Of a stretch of 64,000 nt of DNA, positions 1-12,036 are shown in pieces. The DNA comes from an uncultured delta proteobacterium. GTDB lineage: Bacteria; Desulfobacterota; Binatia; JACPRU01. The notes under the pieces were generated by a model that saw only the letters and a list, made by a program, of their open reading frames with translations, was not told where the DNA came from and did not search any database. The stretch is taken from contig CAVUWD010000006.1 of assembly GCA_963745025.1 (NCBI GenBank), forward strand, positions 416,001 to 480,000. Direction: 5' to 3'. Each line of letters starts with the position of its first letter. Within the stretch, counting starts at the first letter, position 1. The position numbers and the translations under genes were made by a program.

Positions 1-1176
1 CCGAGCGTGCTCGCCTCGCTGACGGTCGCCCTCTGCGTGGCCGACCTCGGCGCTCGGCGGCTCGGGCGAACCTTTGGCCTCGTCGCGGGTCTCGCCCAGG
101 TGAGCTCGGTCTACGTCTTGGTGAGCGGGCAACTCGCGGACCCGGACCTGCTCCTCGCCGCGGCGGTAACGCTCGGGATGTGGAGCTTCGCGCGCGGCCT
201 GTTCGACGAGGGAGAGCTGCGGCCGCGGCGCTTCGCCGTCGCGTTCTGGACTGCCGCCGGGGTCGCCTTCCTCGTCAAGGGCCCGATCGGCTCGCTGCTG
301 TTCGTCCCCGCAGCCCTTCTCTTCTCGATGACGACGCGACGCAGCGACGCCGCACGGCTCTTCCTCGATCCCTGCGGTCTCGCCGCGTTTGCTCTTCTCG
401 TGCTGGCATGGCCCCTGGCCGCGTATCTCTCCTACCCCGCGATCCTCGATGCCTGGCGCGACGAGAACGTGGCGCGCTTTCAGGGCGAGCTCGGACGCTC
501 CTCGCCCCTCCTCTACCTGTATACGGCACCATGGATGGCGCTGCCGTGGACGCCGTTCGCGCTCGTCGGCGCAGTCTCGCTGTGGAGGGAGCGCCCGCGC
601 GACCCGGTGTGGGGTTTGCTTCTGGCGTGGCTCTCCGTCGGTATCGCGATCCTCTCCATGAGCGCGGGAAAACACGATCGCTACCTCATTCCCGTGCTGC
701 CGCCGACGGCGTTCTTCGCCGCGCGGGGGCTTCTCGACGTGGCGCCCCGCGTCTCCGAGTGGGTGCGTCCCGCGACCGCGTTCGCGGTCGCTCTCGCCCT
801 CGAGTGGGGAGTGGCGATCGTCACGCAGCGGGTCGTCGCCGCGCGCTTCGACACGTACGGGCCGCACCGGGCGCTCGCACAGCGGCTGAACGACGAGATG
901 TCGAGGGGAGCACGGCTCTTTGTGGTAGCCGTTCCGAACAACGTCCGAACCCAGATCCTCTACTACATCCGCCATCCGACGGAGGTCGTCGACGAGCCCC
1001 AAGCGCTCGAGCGGGTCCTCGCGAAGGGTTCCGAGGTGTGGGTGCTGACTCCGGAGTCGGCGCGAGTCGGGCTCAGCCACTTCGGGGCGGTGGAGGTCGT
1101 GGACCGCTCGGAGCGGCTGCTCGCTCACCAGAACGATTCGGACCGGCTGACGCTCGCACGGCTGCGAGCGGGCTAG
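1..1176 (+). CDS. ArnT/PMT-family (GT39/GT83) membrane glycosyltransferase, 5'-truncated by window edge
   Basis: Multi-TM ORF open from base 1; motifs 'LVKGPIG', 'LPWTPF', 'GKHDRYLIPVLPP' typical of ArnT-like transferases. Confidence 0.85.
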   Translation, partial: PSVLASLTVALCVADLGARRLGRTFGLVAGLAQVSSVYVLVSGQLADPDLLLAAAVTLGMWSFARGLFDEGELRPRRFAVAFWTAAGVAFLVKGPIGSLLFVPAALLFSMTTRRSDAARLFLDPCGLAAFALLVLAWPLAAYLSYPAILDAWRDENVARFQGELGRSSPLLYLYTAPWMALPWTPFALVGAVSLWRERPRDPVWGLLLAWLSVGIAILSMSAGKHDRYLIPVLPPTAFFAARGLLDVAPRVSEWVRPATAFAVALALEWGVAIVTQRVVAARFDTYGPHRALAQRLNDEMSRGARLFVVAVPNNVRTQILYYIRHPTEVVDEPQALERVLAKGSEVWVLTPESARVGLSHFGAVEVVDRSERLLAHQNDSDRLTLARLRAG

Positions 1177-1267
1177 CCCGATGCGAAATTCCCGTGGTGC
1201 CCCGTCCGTGTGCGCAATTCGCACGGGGCCCGTCGTCGGCGCGGGCCGTGCGAATTTTGGATCGAGA

Positions 1268-2316
1268 TTAGATTACGCCCGCCCTCAACAGATCGTGCAG
1301 ATGGATGATCCCCTGCGGCCTGCGCTTGGCGTCGATGATGAAGAGCGCGGTGATCGAGTGCCGTTCCATGACGGCGAGCGCTTCGGCGCCGAGCGCCTGC
1401 GCACCGATCGTCAAGACGCCCCGGCCGGCGCCGAGCTCGTGCTCTCGGATCGTCTTCGGATCGCGATGCAAGAGCTCGCGCACCGACACGTCGAGCACCA
1501 CCCCGCGGCTCTCGAGCGCGCGGCGGAGATCCCCGTCGGAGAGAACACCGACGAGCTGGCCGACCGCGCTCACCACGCCGGTGTGACCGAGCCGCTTGGC
1601 GGTCATCTCGTGAATCGCCTCCCGGAGAGTCGCCGTCTCGGCGACGATCGGCATGTCCTCGCCGCGGTGCATGAGGTCCTCGACGCGCATGAGCTTGCGG
1701 CCGAGGCTCCCTGCCGGGTGGAGAAAGGCGAAGTCCTCTTCGCGGAAGCCGCGGCGCTCCATGAGCACGAGGGCGAGCGCATCGCCCATCGCCAGCGTCG
1801 CGGTCGTGCTGGCCGTAGGCGCCAAAGCGAGCGGGCACGCTTCTTCGCGAACGCTCACGTCGATCACCACCTCGGCGCTCCTGGCGAGCGTCGAATCGAG
1901 AACGCCGCTCAGCGCGACCACGGGCGATCCGAGGCGCTTGAAGAGCGGCAGCATGGCGAGAATCTCGCGCGTCTCGCCGCTGTAGGAAACCGCGATCACC
2001 GAATCCCCCTTCACCACCATGCCGAGATCGCCGTGCACGCCTTCTCCCGCGTGAACGAAGAAGGCGGGCGTTCCCGTGCTCGCCAGCGTGGCGGCGATCT
2101 TCCGCGCGATGATGCCGGATTTGCCGAGGCCTGTGACGACGACCTTCCCGGGCGTCTGTGCGAGCACCTCGACGGCCCGCTCGAGCTCCGGACCGACGCG
2201 GTCGACGAGCGCACGCACGGCCTCGGCCTCGATCTCGAGAACTCGCCGTGCGCGCTCCACGGGCGAAGAGCCCTTCGTTTTTCCCGCAACCCGTAACCCA
2301 TCACCCGTAGCCTTTT

Positions 2317-2320
<4 letters not shown>
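1268..2320 (-). CDS. kdsD: Arabinose-5-phosphate isomerase (KpsF/GutQ, SIS + 2 CBS)
   Basis: '[25 protein letters not shown]', 'HGDLG', '[14 protein letters not shown]', 'HPAGSLG'; ATG at 2320 overlaps kdsA stop (ATGA). Confidence 0.95.
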
Positions 2321-5565
<3,245 letters not shown>

Positions 5566-5621
5566 AAAAAACCGTAGCCGCCGCTCGCAGAATCGCGAGA
5601 AGGCGTAGCTACGGGATTCCT

Positions 5622-5650
5622 TATATAGGAGCGCCGTCCGCGAGTGTCAA
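5622..5650 (-). promoter_or_regulatory. Sigma70-like promoter for kdsB operon
   Basis: Minus strand TTGACA (5650-5645), 17-nt spacer, TATATA (5627-5622). Confidence 0.55.
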
Positions 5651-5658
5651 ATCTCGAG

Positions 5659-5760
5659 GGGACGTTTCACAGTTTTCGCAGTTTTCAAACTTTCCGTCGT
5701 TGCAGCGCACAGATCCAGAACACGACCGCGAAAAAGAAACTGCGAACTGTGAAACGTCCC
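5659..5760. repeat. Long intergenic inverted repeat / hairpin
   Basis: GGGACGTTTCACAGTT(TT)CGCAGTTT pairs with AAACTGCGAACTGTGAAACGTCCC. Confidence 0.75.
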
Positions 5761-5778
5761 GACGTCAGAACCTCGCCG

Positions 5779-5916
<138 letters not shown>

Positions 5917-5924
5917 CTAATTTG

Positions 5925-6158
5925 TTAGCTGGCGAACAACGCCCGCTGGTTAACAGCCTTGGGTAGGTCGATCGGGATGAAGAACTCAGCAGGATAGAGA
6001 TAATCGTCGCCGGATTCATCGATGACCCGAGTTAGGCCGTGCTGCGCACCGTCAGGATCGGGAACCGCGCGATAGACTTTTCGCAGCTCGAGAGATGCGG
6101 GGTACCCCTGGTTCTTTACGCACAGCACAAAAGGCGAAGCGGTCTTACGGGTCTTCAT
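5925..6158 (-). CDS. Small uncharacterised protein (DESGDDYLYP motif); candidate antitoxin/immunity protein
   Basis: 77 aa; ATG overlaps upstream stop (ATGA); its TAA lies inside the cassette R'' core AGCTAAC. Confidence 0.75.
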   Translation of the reverse strand: MKTRKTASPFVLCVKNQGYPASLELRKVYRAVPDPDGAQHGLTRVIDESGDDYLYPAEFFIPIDLPKAVNQRALFAS

Positions 6159-6397
6159 GGTCGTTCTTGAAGCAGGCGCTTCAGCTTGAGTTCCTTGCGT
6201 CCGATTCCGTGTGCCTCGTACCAATGTAGCTCAGCTCGAGACACCGTGCCATCGGGAAAGCGCACCGTGGCCGTGCCTTTGCGCTTCCTCCACGGTCCAC
6301 CACCATACTTGCGCCGCAGTCGTCTGCGGTCACGGACGGAGCGGCCAGTCGCAATCGTCTCGACATCGCCGATTTCACCGACAACCTCGAACCACAC
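6155..6397 (-). CDS. Small basic uncharacterised protein (HWYEAHGIG motif); candidate toxin
   Basis: 80 aa, Arg/Lys-rich; starts 36 nt after an attC R' site; coupled to downstream ORF. Confidence 0.75.
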   Translation of the reverse strand: MWFEVVGEIGDVETIATGRSVRDRRRLRRKYGGGPWRKRKGTATVRFPDGTVSRAELHWYEAHGIGRKELKLKRLLQERP

Positions 6398-6433
6398 ACG
6401 CTTCGTTGTATCGCTTCGTCACCGGTCTTCACC

Positions 6434-6526
6434 AGCTAACGGACTGCGGTTGAGCGGCCGGCGCCCACCGCCGCCCGGCCGTGACGAGCTGGTCGTGCGC
6501 CGGTCCGCTCCAACCGCGTGTTAGAC
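6434..6526 (-). mobile_element. Integron attC site (93 bp)
   Basis: Minus: R'' GTCTAAC, arm GCGGTTGGAGCGG (one extra base) ... arm CCGCTCAACCGC, R' GTTAGCT; imperfect palindrome. Confidence 0.88.
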
Positions 6527-6568
6527 CGCACGGTTGACCTGTGCATACGAGCGTGCATACCATATAAT

Positions 6569-6847
6569 GTGGTGGATTTCGAGTGGGATGAGGAGAAGGC
6601 GAAGGAGAACCTGGAGAAGCACGGCGTCGATTTTGCCGACGCGGTTACCGCGTTCGAAGACATGATGGCGCTGACTATGCCGGATCGTGCGTCGGAGGAG
6701 GAAGAGCGGTTCGTGACGCTTGGGACGGACGCACTCGAGCGCCTCCTGGTCATCGCGTACACGTGGCGCGAGGATCGGATACGTCTGATTTCCGCGCGGA
6801 AAGCGACGCGCCGCGAGCGGCGGCAGTACGAGGGCAAGCGAGTATGA
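6569..6847 (+). CDS. brnT: BrnT-family ribonuclease toxin
   Basis: 'FEWDEEKAKENLEKHGVDF', 'EEERFVTLG', 'IRLISARKATRRERRQY'; GTG start just after TATAAT (6563-6568). Confidence 0.92.
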   Translation: MVDFEWDEEKAKENLEKHGVDFADAVTAFEDMMALTMPDRASEEEERFVTLGTDALERLLVIAYTWREDRIRLISARKATRRERRQYEGKRV

Positions 6848-7131
6848 AAAGGGAATACGATTTCAGTAAGGCGCGACGCGGTCCCGTTGTGCCCGTGCCA
6901 ACGGGGAAGACTCGCATCACCATCCGGCTGGATGATGACGTGCTCAACTGGTTCCGAAGGCAGGTTCACGCTGCGAAGGGTGGAAACTACCAGACGTTGA
7001 TCAACAACGCGTTGCGAGAATTCATCCGGCACCGGGGGCAGCCGTTGGAAGAGACCATCCGCCGCGTGTTGCGTGAAGAACTTCAGAAACGTCCGAGGAG
7101 ATCTGCTGCCTCGAGTTCGCGTGCAGTCTAA
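6844..7131 (+). CDS. brnA: BrnA-family antitoxin
   Basis: 'MKREYDFSKARRG', 'KTRITIRLDDDVLNWFR', 'YQTLINNALRE'; ATGA overlap with brnT; stop falls within the attC core. Confidence 0.92.
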   Translation: MKREYDFSKARRGPVVPVPTGKTRITIRLDDDVLNWFRRQVHAAKGGNYQTLINNALREFIRHRGQPLEETIRRVLREELQKRPRRSAASSSRAV

Positions 7132-7257
7132 CGTCCTGCCGATCAGCGGCCCGGGTGCCGATGCGACGGCGGGTCGGAGACAAGCCGCCCACTCGAGAAG
7201 CGACGAGACGGTCGATCTAGCCAGTGCACCCGGGTCCGCTGCATCGGCTGGTTGGGC
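7126..7257 (-). mobile_element. Integron attC site (132 bp)
   Basis: Minus: R'' GCCCAAC, GCCGATGCAGCGGACCCGGGTGC ... GCACCCGGGCCGCTGATCGGC, R' GTTAGAC. Confidence 0.88.
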
Positions 7258-7269
7258 GGCGCCGCGAAT

Positions 7270-7387
7270 TTACATGCGCGAACACGCGCGGTGCGGAGCC
7301 CTGGCTGCTATGCCGGAACGCCAGGACCTCAGAGGCCGATCCTCTGACTTGGTAGTAGATGTGGTACCGGATGCGCGCGAGGTGGAC
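7270..7387 (-). pseudogene. C-terminal remnant of a ParE/RelE-family toxin (truncated third cassette)
   Basis: Minus frame VHLARIRYHIYYQVRGSASEVLAFRHSSQG directly upstream of an attC; no start. Confidence 0.6.
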
Positions 7388-7392
7388 GTTGT

Positions 7393-7483
7393 AGAACTAT
7401 CACTCGAGATCAAGGCGAAGCTCGGCGTGCGTACCGACATAGAATTGACCCGGGTCGCCCTCAAGCTCGGACTGATCTGGGAC
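7393..7483 (+). pseudogene. LuxR/NarL-type HTH C-terminal remnant
   Basis: NYHS/(frameshift)/IKAKLGVRTDIELTRVALKLGLI resembles the final helices of LuxR HTH domains. Confidence 0.5.
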
Positions 7484-7501
7484 GTGTCTGCGAGTCGTTC
7501 C

Positions 7502-7954
7502 TCATCCTGGTCTGCTCGCCTGCTGAGACTGATAAAGCTCCACCAGCGTCTGAAAGGTAATCGTTCCGAGCGGATTGAATGCGTCATCGAGGACGTCGTA
7601 GAGCACTTCGTCGTTACCAGGCCGGATGCTGAAGCAAACGATGACGTCCTGTTCTCCGCCCCCTTCCCGATGGGGCTGCTCGCTGGCGGGTGAGACGGTG
7701 TAGCTGCCCGTCAATCGGGCTTCACGTAGGCTGCCATCGGCTTCATAAAGTCGGTGTTCCCCCTGTACGACGAAGGTGTGGTTGAGAGCTCGATGACGGT
7801 GCAGAACGATTTGTTCGTTGGCGGGGAACTTGAACAGCACGTCGACGATCCGGCTTTTCTCATCCACATGAAGGATGGTGTAGTGGAAGGGGGGAACATA
7901 GTCGCCAAAGCGGTTCCAGTGAATGGCGTGATCATCGAAATGGTAGTTGGTCAT
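7502..7954 (-). CDS. Cupin-fold (ChrR-like) protein
   Basis: 'IVLHRH...HTFVVQGEH...PHREGG' cupin metal motif; RBS AAGGAG; lower GC than flanks. Confidence 0.8.
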   Translation of the reverse strand: MTNYHFDDHAIHWNRFGDYVPPFHYTILHVDEKSRIVDVLFKFPANEQIVLHRHRALNHTFVVQGEHRLYEADGSLREARLTGSYTVSPASEQPHREGGGEQDVIVCFSIRPGNDEVLYDVLDDAFNPLGTITFQTLVELYQSQQASRPG

Positions 7955-8239
7955 CTGAAATATCTCCTTCTGATTGCCTAACTATTACTTCACCTGCGAG
8001 CGGGAGCTCCACGAATCTGGATTAGCCGGACCTGATAATTGGGCCACCCCCAGCAGATCTACGCCGGCAGCTCTGCGAAATCTCTCGGGTAAGTTCATTG
8101 GTGGGCCGAAATTGTTAGCGTGTTATCCGGCGAGAGTCGTCGGATAACGCCGAAAACTACTTCCGCGGGCTCCGCCTGATAATTGTAGAGCGGTCCATTG
8201 GCGGGCGGCTCACAGTCCATCGGCGGATGAGATTCGTCG

Positions 8240-9265
8240 TCACGAGATTCCTTCGGCCGACACCGGCGGGGCAACCGCGCGAGGCGCCGGCGACCGTCGG
8301 TGGACCTCCTCGCGCATCCGCTCCATCGCCTTGTAGAGCGCGCGCGTCGCATCGGAGACCGCCGTGCCCGGAGCGAAGCGGATTGGCTCGCCGATCCGTA
8401 CCAGCACGGGCCCCACCTTGATCTCCTGCGCCCCCTTCGGCCGGAGCTCGCGCAGTCCATCCATGTAGATCGGAACGACGGGCACGCCCTTGTCGAGCGC
8501 AAGGATGGATACGCCGTGACGGAAGGTGGCGAGCTTGCCGGTGGTCGAGCGCGTACCTTCGGGGAAGATGACGAGCGACCAGTGCCGGTCGAGGAGCCAC
8601 TCCGCGTAGCCGAGGGCGGCCTTCCCTCCGCCTCGCTGGATCGGGAAAGTGTTCATCGTCAACGACATGTACCAGGGCTGCTTTTGAATTCCCTTCCGCC
8701 CCTTCAGGAACCAGCGGTCTGCCGCGCTACCGAAAGCAACCCGGCGCCGGAAGCGCTCCGGAAGCGCCGTGAACAGCACCAACGAGTCCATGTGGCTCGA
8801 ATGGTTGCCGATGAAGATCGCAGGATTTCGTAGACCGTCGAGACGCTCCCTGCCTTCGACCGCGAACGGCTTGCAGTGCTTCCGGACGTAGCGGGTGGTC
8901 GTGTGGTAGCGCATGATGCGACGCACGAGCTGGGCCCAGGCACTGATTTGCCAAGGATAGGGACCGACGGTCTCCGTGGTCTGTCCCAGCAGGCGCACGA
9001 AGACGTCGAGGTCGATCGCGGGCAGGATATCCATGTGAACGCGGCCCGTCGCTTCCCGCTCGGTGACGGCCCGAACGGCCGCGAGATTGTCCGGCGCCTC
9101 GACGACGGTGAGAAAGTCGTAGGGTCCGATGAGTGCGTACTGCTGGACGATCTTCGCGTCGAGCGCTTCCATCGCACGGCGCGCCTCGGCGAGAAGTTCC
9201 GGTTGCGAGCGGATCGCTTCGAAGCCTTGCGCGTTCAGCCGGGTCAGCAAGACGTATCGTGGCAT
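8240..9265 (-). CDS. Fusion: N-terminal GYD domain + PlsC-type lysophospholipid acyltransferase
   Basis: N-term 'QYALIGPYDFLTVVEAPDN'; C-term 'NHSSHMD', 'FPEGTRS', 'GVPVVP'. Confidence 0.85.
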   Translation of the reverse strand: MPRYVLLTRLNAQGFEAIRSQPELLAEARRAMEALDAKIVQQYALIGPYDFLTVVEAPDNLAAVRAVTEREATGRVHMDILPAIDLDVFVRLLGQTTETVGPYPWQISAWAQLVRRIMRYHTTTRYVRKHCKPFAVEGRERLDGLRNPAIFIGNHSSHMDSLVLFTALPERFRRRVAFGSAADRWFLKGRKGIQKQPWYMSLTMNTFPIQRGGGKAALGYAEWLLDRHWSLVIFPEGTRSTTGKLATFRHGVSILALDKGVPVVPIYMDGLRELRPKGAQEIKVGPVLVRIGEPIRFAPGTAVSDATRALYKAMERMREEVHRRSPAPRAVAPPVSAEGIS

Positions 9266-9288
9266 CGGTCCGACCCGCGTTCACTCGC

Positions 9289-9588
9289 TTACTTCGTGCC
9301 GCCCTCCCGGAGCATCTGCGTGAAGGCGTCGATGCCGATCGCCGGCAGGGTCGTCAGCTGCACCGTGCCGCGCGCGCCAAGCTCCACCGAGATGCGGGCG
9401 ATCACCTCGTTGCTCGGCGCCTCGATGATGTTGATGAAGTCGTAACCGCCGAGCACGGCGTACTGCGTAATCACGCGAGCGCCCATGCGCTCGATCTCCT
9501 GGTTCACTTCCTTCAGGCGCTCGGGGCGCTCCTTCAGCGTCTTGCGGCCCTCGTCGGTCAGGCTGCTGAGCATGATGTACGTCGCCAT
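9289..9588 (-). CDS. Stand-alone GYD-domain protein
   Basis: 99 aa 'MATYIMLSSLTDEG...QYAVLGGYDFINIIEAP...LGARGTVQLTTLPA'. Confidence 0.88.
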   Translation of the reverse strand: MATYIMLSSLTDEGRKTLKERPERLKEVNQEIERMGARVITQYAVLGGYDFINIIEAPSNEVIARISVELGARGTVQLTTLPAIGIDAFTQMLREGGTK

Positions 9589-9663
9589 GGCTCTGGCCTC
9601 CCCTCTCGCGCGCATATACCGCCAGAGGTCTTTGTGTGTAAACTCGCGGCACGGAGGCCGCCG

Positions 9664-10680
9664 ATGAAGGCCGCAGTCTGGAACGACCAAGGAAGCCTCG
9701 ACGTCGTCGATCGGCCGCTGCCGGATCCGAAGCCTGGATGGGTGAGGCTGACCGTCGCGTCCATCGGGATCTGCGGGACCGACCTGCACTTCTATCGCGG
9801 CGCATTCCCTTCCCCGGTGGGTCTGCAGCCGGGTCATGAGATCGGCGGAACCATCGACGCCGTCGGCACCGGGGTATCACTTCCGACCGGTGTGGCCGTG
9901 GCCGTCGATCCGCTCGTCGTCTGCGGAGAGTGCGGGCAATGCCGCACGGGGAATCCCAACCGATGCGCGAAGCGGGTCCTCCTCGGCGTCAACGGCAGAG
10001 GCGGCTGCGCGGAACTCGCGGTCGTGCCGGCCTACGCGGTCTACCCGCTCCCCGACACCGTGACCGCCGCGGCGGGCGCCCTCGCCGAGCCGCTTGCTGT
10101 CTGCGTGCGCGGCACGCGCCAGGGGCGCGTCACGAGCGGCGATCGCGTGGCGATCCTCGGCGGCGGCACAATCGGGCTCATGACGATCCTCACGGCTCGC
10201 GCCGCCGGCGCGAGCCAGGTGATGATCACGGCGCGGCATCTCCACCAGCGGGAGGCCGCCCGCGCGCTCGGTGCCGACGGAATCTTCGAAGACGCCGCCG
10301 GGATGATTCGTGAGGCCGGCGATTCGCTGTTCGATTGCGTGATCGAGACAGTCGGGGGGCACGCCCCGACCCTCTCAGACGCGGTGCGGCTTGCGCGCCC
10401 GGGAGGGATGATCTCTATGCTCGGGGTCTTCGAAGGCCCGATCGCGATTCCCGCCCTCGACTTCTCTCTCAGGGAGCTGACGCTCGTCGGCTCGAACTGC
10501 TATGGCCGCGTCGGACCGCGCACCGACTTCGCGATCGCGATCGAGCTGCTGCGGAAGCATCACGACGCGCTGACCGCCCTCGTAACCCACCGCTTTCGCC
10601 TCGAGGAGATCAACGCGGCGTTCGATGCGGCCGGCGACAAGCGCAGCGGCTCGATCAAGGTGCACGTGCTTCCGGGCTGA
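9664..10680 (+). CDS. Zn-dependent alcohol dehydrogenase (MDR family)
   Basis: 'GICGTD', 'GHE', structural 'CGECGQC...C', 'GGGTIG'. Confidence 0.92.
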   Translation: MKAAVWNDQGSLDVVDRPLPDPKPGWVRLTVASIGICGTDLHFYRGAFPSPVGLQPGHEIGGTIDAVGTGVSLPTGVAVAVDPLVVCGECGQCRTGNPNRCAKRVLLGVNGRGGCAELAVVPAYAVYPLPDTVTAAAGALAEPLAVCVRGTRQGRVTSGDRVAILGGGTIGLMTILTARAAGASQVMITARHLHQREAARALGADGIFEDAAGMIREAGDSLFDCVIETVGGHAPTLSDAVRLARPGGMISMLGVFEGPIAIPALDFSLRELTLVGSNCYGRVGPRTDFAIAIELLRKHHDALTALVTHRFRLEEINAAFDAAGDKRSGSIKVHVLPG

Positions 10681-11487
10681 TCAGATCGAACCGGTCTCGA
10701 GCAGGCGCTCCACCGCGACGGCGACCCCGTCCTCGTCGTTCGTAGCCGTGACGGCGGTCGCCATCGACTTCACGTGGTCGCTCGACTGGCCCATCGCCAC
10801 GGACGCGCCTGCGACGCGGAACATCTCGATGTCCGCCTCGGCATCGCCGAACGCGACGACCTCGCTCGTCGACAGGCCCATGTCCGCGCACGCGACGGAG
10901 AGTGCGGCGCCCTTATCCGCGCCGGCCGCAGTCAGCGTCAACATGCTCTTGCGCCGGCTCGAGAAGGACTCGACGAAGCGAACTCGCTCCTTCCACCGCT
11001 TGCCGAGCCGCTCGACGACGTGCGCGGTCGTCTCGCTGCCCTGAACGAGCACGATGCGGGGCCCGACGTCCGATGCGCCCGAGAGCTTGCGCGTGTACAC
11101 CATCTCCCGCGGCAGGTCGGACCGATTCGGCTCGCCGTCCATCTTGAACAGCACCGTGTCGTCGAGGGCGATCCAGGCCATGCAGCGGCGCGAATCGAGG
11201 ATCGCGTAGAGCTCTTCTGCGAACGCTTCGGGCATCCTCAGATCGAGCAGATCGTGTTCGTCGGCGAGCCGGCGCACCTGCGCGCCGGCGCAGGCGATGA
11301 CTGGCTCCTTCGCATCGATGTCCCGGGCGACCCGCTTGGCGAGCTGATACCACCGCGCCGTCGCGATGATGATCCTCAGGCCGGCGTCCTCCGCCGCACG
11401 CAGCGCGCGGAGGCTGCGCTCGGTCACGCGGTCGTCGGAGTGCAGCAGCGTCCCGTCGAGGTCGACGGCGAGCGCCCGGTAGCGCAT
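10681..11487 (-). CDS. Cof-type HAD-IIB hydrolase
   Basis: 'DLDGTLL', 'ATAR', 'DKGAAL', 'AFGDAEAD', 'NDEDGVA'. Confidence 0.9.
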   Translation of the reverse strand: MRYRALAVDLDGTLLHSDDRVTERSLRALRAAEDAGLRIIIATARWYQLAKRVARDIDAKEPVIACAGAQVRRLADEHDLLDLRMPEAFAEELYAILDSRRCMAWIALDDTVLFKMDGEPNRSDLPREMVYTRKLSGASDVGPRIVLVQGSETTAHVVERLGKRWKERVRFVESFSSRRKSMLTLTAAGADKGAALSVACADMGLSTSEVVAFGDAEADIEMFRVAGASVAMGQSSDHVKSMATAVTATNDEDGVAVAVERLLETGSI

Positions 11488-11488
11488 C

Positions 11489-12022
11489 TCAGCGCGATTT
11501 GACGGCGTCCTCGATGCCGAGCGTTGCCATCGCGGAGGAACGGTCATCGACGGAGTGGGCGAGGAGGATCAGGTCGCGGAGCTCTCCGGAGCGATCGCGC
11601 ACGTAGTTGCGAAGCAGCGCCTCGGCACCGAAGCCGAGCGCCTGAAACATGGCGATGGCCGGAGTCTGATCGGCGACGACCTCGACGACGATCTGGCGCA
11701 GTCCCAGACCAAGGGCGTCGAGCAATCCACGACGCGCGAGCTGCCGGCCGAGCCCTTGTCGGCGCCGGCTCGGATCCACGACGAGGCGCAGCTCGCCGAC
11801 GTGGCTCGACCAACCGACTCCCGGGATGACGACGACGCAGCCGACGATCCGGTCGCCCTCGACCGCTACCGCGCGCCGCGCGCGTTTGTCTTGCACCCAT
11901 GAAGGGACAATCTGTGGATCGAGGACGTCTTCCTTGAAAAACGTGCGGTCGCCCTCGGGGATACGGTCGAAAAAGGAGCGAAGCGCCTCAGCGTCGTGCG
12001 ACTCGATCGGACGGATCTCCAT
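11489..12022 (-). CDS. GNAT-family N-acetyltransferase
   Basis: 'VVDPSRRRQGLGRQL', 'AIAMFQALGF'. Confidence 0.88.
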   Translation of the reverse strand: MEIRPIESHDAEALRSFFDRIPEGDRTFFKEDVLDPQIVPSWVQDKRARRAVAVEGDRIVGCVVVIPGVGWSSHVGELRLVVDPSRRRQGLGRQLARRGLLDALGLGLRQIVVEVVADQTPAIAMFQALGFGAEALLRNYVRDRSGELRDLILLAHSVDDRSSAMATLGIEDAVKSR

Positions 12023-12036
12023 CTGGCCTCCCGTGG

